64,000 bases of DNA from an uncultured Gemmatimonadales bacterium (GTDB lineage: Bacteria > Gemmatimonadota > Gemmatimonadetes > Gemmatimonadales > Gemmatimonadaceae), in the NCBI GenBank assembly GCA_963707505.1, contig CAVPQB010000006.1, positions 736,001-800,000 on the forward strand, read 5' to 3'. The notes below the pieces were generated by a model, which worked only from the letters and a program-made list of their open reading frames with translations, did not search any database and was not told where the DNA came from. A program made the position numbers and the translations under genes. Shown here in pieces: positions 59,428-64,000 of the stretch (positions are counted from its first letter, which is position 1; each line of letters begins with the position of its first letter).

Positions 59428-61512
59428 TCATTGCGGCTGTACTTCCAGAAGTAGATTCTTGTCGAACTCAACTGGCAGATGCGCATCGTGTCCTGACACC
59501 GTCCCCAGGGTTTTTCCGGTGACATAATCGACGACACTGTAGTTGCGGTCTTCAAGTCCTCGCAGGTCGACTTGCCCCTTCCACTGCTTTGCAAAAAAGG
59601 CGTAGTACATGGACTTGTCCTTGCGGATTACATGCGTCTCCGGGACATCGAAGCCGATGTCATAGAGCTGCCCGAGGTATTGTCCTTTGGACAGCATCTT
59701 GTCGCGATAGATGCGAAGCCATTTTTCGAATTCCTTCTCCCGCTCCGGAGTCAGATCGGACTTGCTGTGCTTTGTAACCAGAGAAGGAAGAACGAACTGC
59801 GGTCCCTACCACGCCTCCCACGCCCAGAGTGGAGGCGAAGTCGTTGGCGCCATCGCTTAATTCGACGTGGTCGCCGAAGAATGGAACGTTATCTCCCATC
59901 AGGGCCTTCAGGGTTTTTGCCTTGGAACGAACTTGAAAGGAACTTCTCGGGTCGGAAGCCACCGACATATTGAAGTGCGGCATGGTGAAAAAGGAGAACG
60001 CCGGTGCCGCAGGGGCAGAACTCCACCAGTGTTCCAGGTTTCACCGACTGCGCGGTTTCGTAAATTGCGCGGAAGAAATCCGGCAGAGCTTCGACTGATT
60101 CCTCCGGCCGCGCGTGATGGTGAGCCGGGTTGTAGCAGGCTGGAACTCCGTTCATGTGCTGGCCATCGAGCTTCAGCCCGTCAAATCCCCAATCCACAAG
60201 AATTTTTCGCACCAATGCTCTTGTGGTACTCCACCACGCGCGATTCGCCGGGCACAAGTAATAGGAATCCCACCAGGAAACTTTTCTTTGAGAGCCATCA
60301 CGGTTCAGCAACTCGTAGTCGGGATGATCGCGAAGCAGTTCCGAGTCTGGCACAGCGCTGAGCGGCGACCACCAGAGCTGAGCCTTGAATCCTTCCTGGT
60401 GAATGCGATCCACCAGGGCCTTCATGTCGGCGTCTCCGTGGGGAAATTTCTTGGAGATCAAGTTGCCAATCGCCCACATTGTTCTGCCAGCCGTCGTCGA
60501 GCGTAACCCACGCAAATCCCAGTCGCTTCGCCGTCGGCAGCGAGTCATAGACCTGCTGCGGCTGAACGTTTCGCCCATAACCCCACGCGCACCAAATGGC
60601 GCCGAACGCGTCATCGGGAGCGGTGGCCATTTGGAAGCCTTGCTTCATCATGAAGCGACGATAGTCGGCCAGCGCGCGGAAGTAGTCTCCTTGATGCACG
60701 GCGACGAAAGTGCGAAACGTATGGAAAGCCTCACGAGGACTGAGTGAAATATCCTTGGTGAACCTTATCGCGATTTTGGCGTGCGCAGCATCGGGCATGG
60801 ATACGGGAAGGGAAACCAGCTTCGGTCGTGTCTCGACGTGGCCCACGGCCATTCCAACGTCACGCCGCCAGACATCGACAATCGGTGTGCCGCCGCCATA
60901 GTCGCTGGCGTTCATGCCTTGATAATTTTCTTGCTGAAAACCAGTGTGCAGCGGCAGGATCCAGTTGGGACGTTTCTCGTAGGAGCCACTCTGGTAAGAC
61001 CAAAAAGCTGGCAGACGCGCACCGCGTTGTGTGTTGACCGTATACGCGTTGTTAGTCCAACTCTTGATGGCCAGTTTGGATTTTCCGGCATTCGTGTACT
61101 GGACATCAAAGAATGCCATTGCCGGAAAATCGTCGTATACCGTGACGGTGACCGTTTTTTTCAGTTCCCCTGCCTGCCCTTCAACGGTCAGCCGCTCGCC
61201 CTCACCAAAAGCGTCCTTGGTGCGCTCGTGTTTTTGCGAGGTCAAAAGGAATTCGGCTCTGAGTTTGTCGGCGGTGGTTACGGTCTCAGTGGCAGTGAAC
61301 GGGCCTAATATCGTCTCAGTCTTGTCAAAACGGGCAACTACCCGGCTGCGCAAGTGGTCGTCAAATTCGATGCGAAGGTTGCCGCCCTGAATTTGAGGTC
61401 TTCCCGTGGGGACGTCTCCTGCCGCTGCGAGCGAACAAGATGTAAACACGGTCGCCACCACAACCCAACATCCGATCGTAACCATGGCTCGCAGCTTTCG
61501 AACTGCATGCAT
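59428..61512 (-). CDS. Alpha-galactosidase (GH36-like), frameshifted
   Basis: IWCAWGYGR, TLDDGWQ, GFDGLKLDGQH, VEFCPCG and GDHVELSD fragments in four or more frames. Confidence 0.85.
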
Positions 61513-61786
61513 AGAACATCTCTCTTTACCGGCGTGGTAACGTGAAAGGGTATCGAACGAAATTTAACGTAAGCATTCGTAATACAAGGAAAGGGTCCCA
61601 AAAGTCAAATGATTTTGGCCTGGCCCTCAGGCGGCGAAATCGGTTCGCTCGTGCCTGCCGCGCACTCTCAGAGCGAAAAACATTTCGATTGTGTTTGCTC
61701 GCAAAAGTATGGATTGGGCGAAGGCGTTGTCCGCAGCAGTTGCCGGTTCGCGCATATTCATCGTCGCGGAAGGCAGGATGGACTTT

Positions 61787-63340
61787 TTAGTTAACGTCCG
61801 GCAGGCTCCAGGCAAACAGCACTCCGCCACCGCTCGTCAGAACGTATTGTCGGTGATCCAGTTCATAGGTGATCGGAGAAGTTGCAATCTGGCCGCCGGT
61901 GCCGGCGTGCCACAGAGTCTTGCCATCGCTGGTATCGAGGGCAAGAGCATTGCCGCTGGAGTCGCCGGTGAATGTCAGGCCGGAATCCGTCGTCAGCACG
62001 CCGGCAGATGCGCCTTCGCCGATGTCGTGGCTCCAGCGAATTTTTCCTGTCTGGTAGTCGATGGCTTTGAGGATGCCTTTGCCCCAGAGGCCGTAGTCCG
62101 CGCCAGCCCAGCCGTAGGCGCCATCGGCGGGCTTGGCAAAATAGAGCGAATAGCTGTCGCGCGCGGAAACGATAAACAGTCCGTTCTTCGGATCGAAACT
62201 TGGAGAGCGGAAGTTAGTCATGCCGCCTTCATCGGGCGCGATCAGGCGTCCGTCGGGCGCGGGTTCTTTGTCCGGATTCGGAATCGGACGGCCCTCTTTG
62301 TCAACGCCGAGCGTCCAGTTCACCGGTCCGAACGGAACTGTCAGCAGGCTCTTGCCGTTGGTGCGATCGAGCACGAAGAAGTAGCCGTTGCGCGAGGCCT
62401 GCATCAGCAACTTGCGCGGCTCTCCGTGGAAGTCCGCATCGACCATCACCGGGACTTCGATCGCATCCCAATCGTGAGTGTCATGCGGCGAAGGCTGGAA
62501 GGCCCAGACAAGTTTTCCCGTATCGGGGTTCAGAGCTGCGATCGTGCACGTATAGAGGTCGTCCCCGGGCCGCGTCTTGCCATTCAACACCGGCGTCGGA
62601 TTGCCTGTGCCGGTATAGAGCAGATTCAGATCGGGATCGTACGTGCCGGTCAACCAGATGGTGCCACCAGTGGTCGCATTCGGTGTGCCGGCCGGAGGAG
62701 TCGTGTTCCATTGCCATTGAACCTTGCCGGTCTCCGGATCGATAGGAGCGCAGGTATGCGCCGATGTTGTCCAAATCGCCGCCCACACCCAGAATGATGT
62801 GATCGCGAACGACCAGCGGCGCCATCGTGGTCCAATATCCTTTTTTGATATCGCCGACTTCCACATCCCAACGGACTTTGCCATTCTTTGCTTCCAAGAG
62901 AAATCAAGTGTGCATCGGGAGTGGAGAAGTAGAGCCACTGTTTGTACATGGCGACACCGCGATGTCCAAGATGCATTCCCTCGTTTTGTTTGTAGGTGTA
63001 GCGCCAGATCTGGCGGCCGGTGCGGGCATCGACAGCCCAAACGTTGTCGGGCACGGTGAAATACAACACTCCGTCGACCAGCAGTGGGGAAGACTTGATG
63101 AGCGCGTCCTGGTTGGTTTGAAACGCCCACGCCAGAGCGAGGGAGGAAACATTCTGGGGAGTGATCTGAGTGAGGCGGACTGTGCCGCCGGCCGGAATAG
63201 TCGCCGTGATAGCTCGGCCATGAATCAGCCGGCGGGTTTGCGATGATGGCGGGATCGAGGCCTTGGGAGCGGAGCCGGACCGGGAAAAACAACAACAGGG
63301 CGGCGGCACACAATATCTTGTTCGTTGAAAGAGATTTCAT
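61787..63340 (-). CDS. PQQ-binding-like beta-propeller ('acido-empty-quinoprotein' type), frameshifted
   Basis: WPSYHGDYSGRRHS, GTGNPTP, PHDTHDWDA, QASRNGYFFVLDR and SPITYELD motifs. Confidence 0.8.
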   Translation of the reverse strand: MKSLSTNKILCAAALLLFFPVRLRSQGLDPAIIANPPADSWPSYHGDYSGRRHSPPHSDHSPECFLPRSGVGVSNQPGRAHQVFPTAGRRSVVFHRARQRLGCRCPHRPPDLALHLQTKRGNASWTSRCRHVQTVALLLHSRCTLDFSWKQRMAKSVGMWKSAISKKDIGPRWRRWSFAITSFWVWAAIWTTSAHTCAPIDPETGKVQWQWNTTPPAGTPNATTGGTIWLTGTYDPDLNLLYTGTGNPTPVLNGKTRPGDDLYTCTIAALNPDTGKLVWAFQPSPHDTHDWDAIEVPVMVDADFHGEPRKLLMQASRNGYFFVLDRTNGKSLLTVPFGPVNWTLGVDKEGRPIPNPDKEPAPDGRLIAPDEGGMTNFRSPSFDPKNGLFIVSARDSYSLYFAKPADGAYGWAGADYGLWGKGILKAIDYQTGKIRWSHDIGEGASAGVLTTDSGLTFTGDSSGNALALDTSDGKTLWHAGTGGQIATSPITYELDHRQYVLTSGGGVLFAWSLPDVN

Positions 63341-63345
63341 AATTC

Positions 63346-64000
63346 CTATCGCAGCGTTTGCAGGTAGGCCATCAGGTTATGAATATCGTCGTCGGTGTAT
63401 TTCTCGAATTGCTCGATATGAGCGTCCGAGGGTGAGTCGATTTTGTAATCGACCGCGCGGATCGGCCAGGATCTGGACCATCCTTCGGGATCAGTCATTG
63501 AAATGTGGAACTCATCTTTATAAGTGAGTGTGCCCGTGAAAGTCTCGCCGGACTTGGTCGTGACCGTCAGCTTTGCCTTCGCGTTCTGGGGATAGAGCAT
63601 TTGCATCTCGAGCTCCAGACCCTCGCGCCGCGTTGCAATGCCCGCCAGATCGCCGGTAGGAGAATGACAAGAAGAGCATTTCCCCGGACCATTGAAATAA
63701 GCCTTGCCTTGTTCGACGTTTCCAGTTTGCAGATCGGCAACGTCAACGCCGCGGCGGCCCCCCGGCTTGGAATTCAATTGCCGGGCTTGGTCGCGAATGA
63801 AGGCAATAAGATCGTTGACCTGAGGGATGGTGAGTCCGGGAAATGGCGGCATGCCTTTTTCGACACGTCCATCGTGCACCACTGCGCGAATTCGGTCTCC
63901 CCTGATGTCGCGCACCACCAGACGGGAACGCGTTAGGTCCGGGCCTGATTCGCCGCCCGCGGCATCGCGCCCGTGACAGAAAGAACAGTTGCGCACAAAA
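63346..64000 (-). CDS. Di-heme cytochrome c (gene starts beyond the window)
   Basis: CSFCH and CSSCH heme motifs, GPDLTRS and GMPPF. Confidence 0.88.
   Translation of the reverse strand, partial: FVRNCSFCHGRDAAGGESGPDLTRSRLVVRDIRGDRIRAVVHDGRVEKGMPPFPGLTIPQVNDLIAFIRDQARQLNSKPGGRRGVDVADLQTGNVEQGKAYFNGPGKCSSCHSPTGDLAGIATRREGLELEMQMLYPQNAKAKLTVTTKSGETFTGTLTYKDEFHISMTDPEGWSRSWPIRAVDYKIDSPSDAHIEQFEKYTDDDIHNLMAYLQTLR

Noticed and set aside
61691..62797. 368-aa plus-strand ORF and similar long shadow ORFs (e.g. 31184-32266, 49447-50439, 52814-53791)
   Set aside because: They are antisense to well-supported genes in high-GC DNA and have no recognisable motifs.
1..64000. tRNA/rRNA genes, prophage, integrase
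   Set aside because: No cloverleaf or rRNA-like segments and no phage or tyrosine/serine recombinase motifs were recognised by eye.

Overview
Positions 1 to ~55,470 are high-GC accessory DNA that resembles Gemmatimonadota: three large Hanks-type Ser/Thr kinases, a CBM9/DUF5916 protein, a PadR plus duplicated-permease pair, peptidases, glycan-active enzymes and small membrane proteins. The intergenic DNA here carries about 20 copies or remnants of three GGGG-terminated inverted-repeat families. Family A begins GGGGTCAGGTCTTGC, family B begins GGGGTCAGAGTGCAC and family C is GGGGACGGAGT. Two family B copies hold internally deleted Y1/HUH tyrosine transposase remnants, and family A copies keep what looks like the 3' end of a related transposase gene. 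These repeats mark many gene boundaries between ~28 and 54.5 kb, and many have short tandem duplications across the GGGG end. Two almost identical copies bracket an SdpR-like/membrane protein/rhodanese module, and a degenerate integron attC-like site lies next to it. At ~55,470-55,485 two genes appear to be cut head-to-head. Beyond that point the repeats disappear and the content looks like Acidobacteriota (discoidin glycoside hydrolase, GH36, 'acido-empty' quinoprotein plus cytochrome c) with many frameshifts, which suggests an assembly chimera or a recombination junction. No rRNA, tRNA, CRISPR array, integrase or intact transposase was recognised. All family assignments come from motif recognition by eye, not from database searches.
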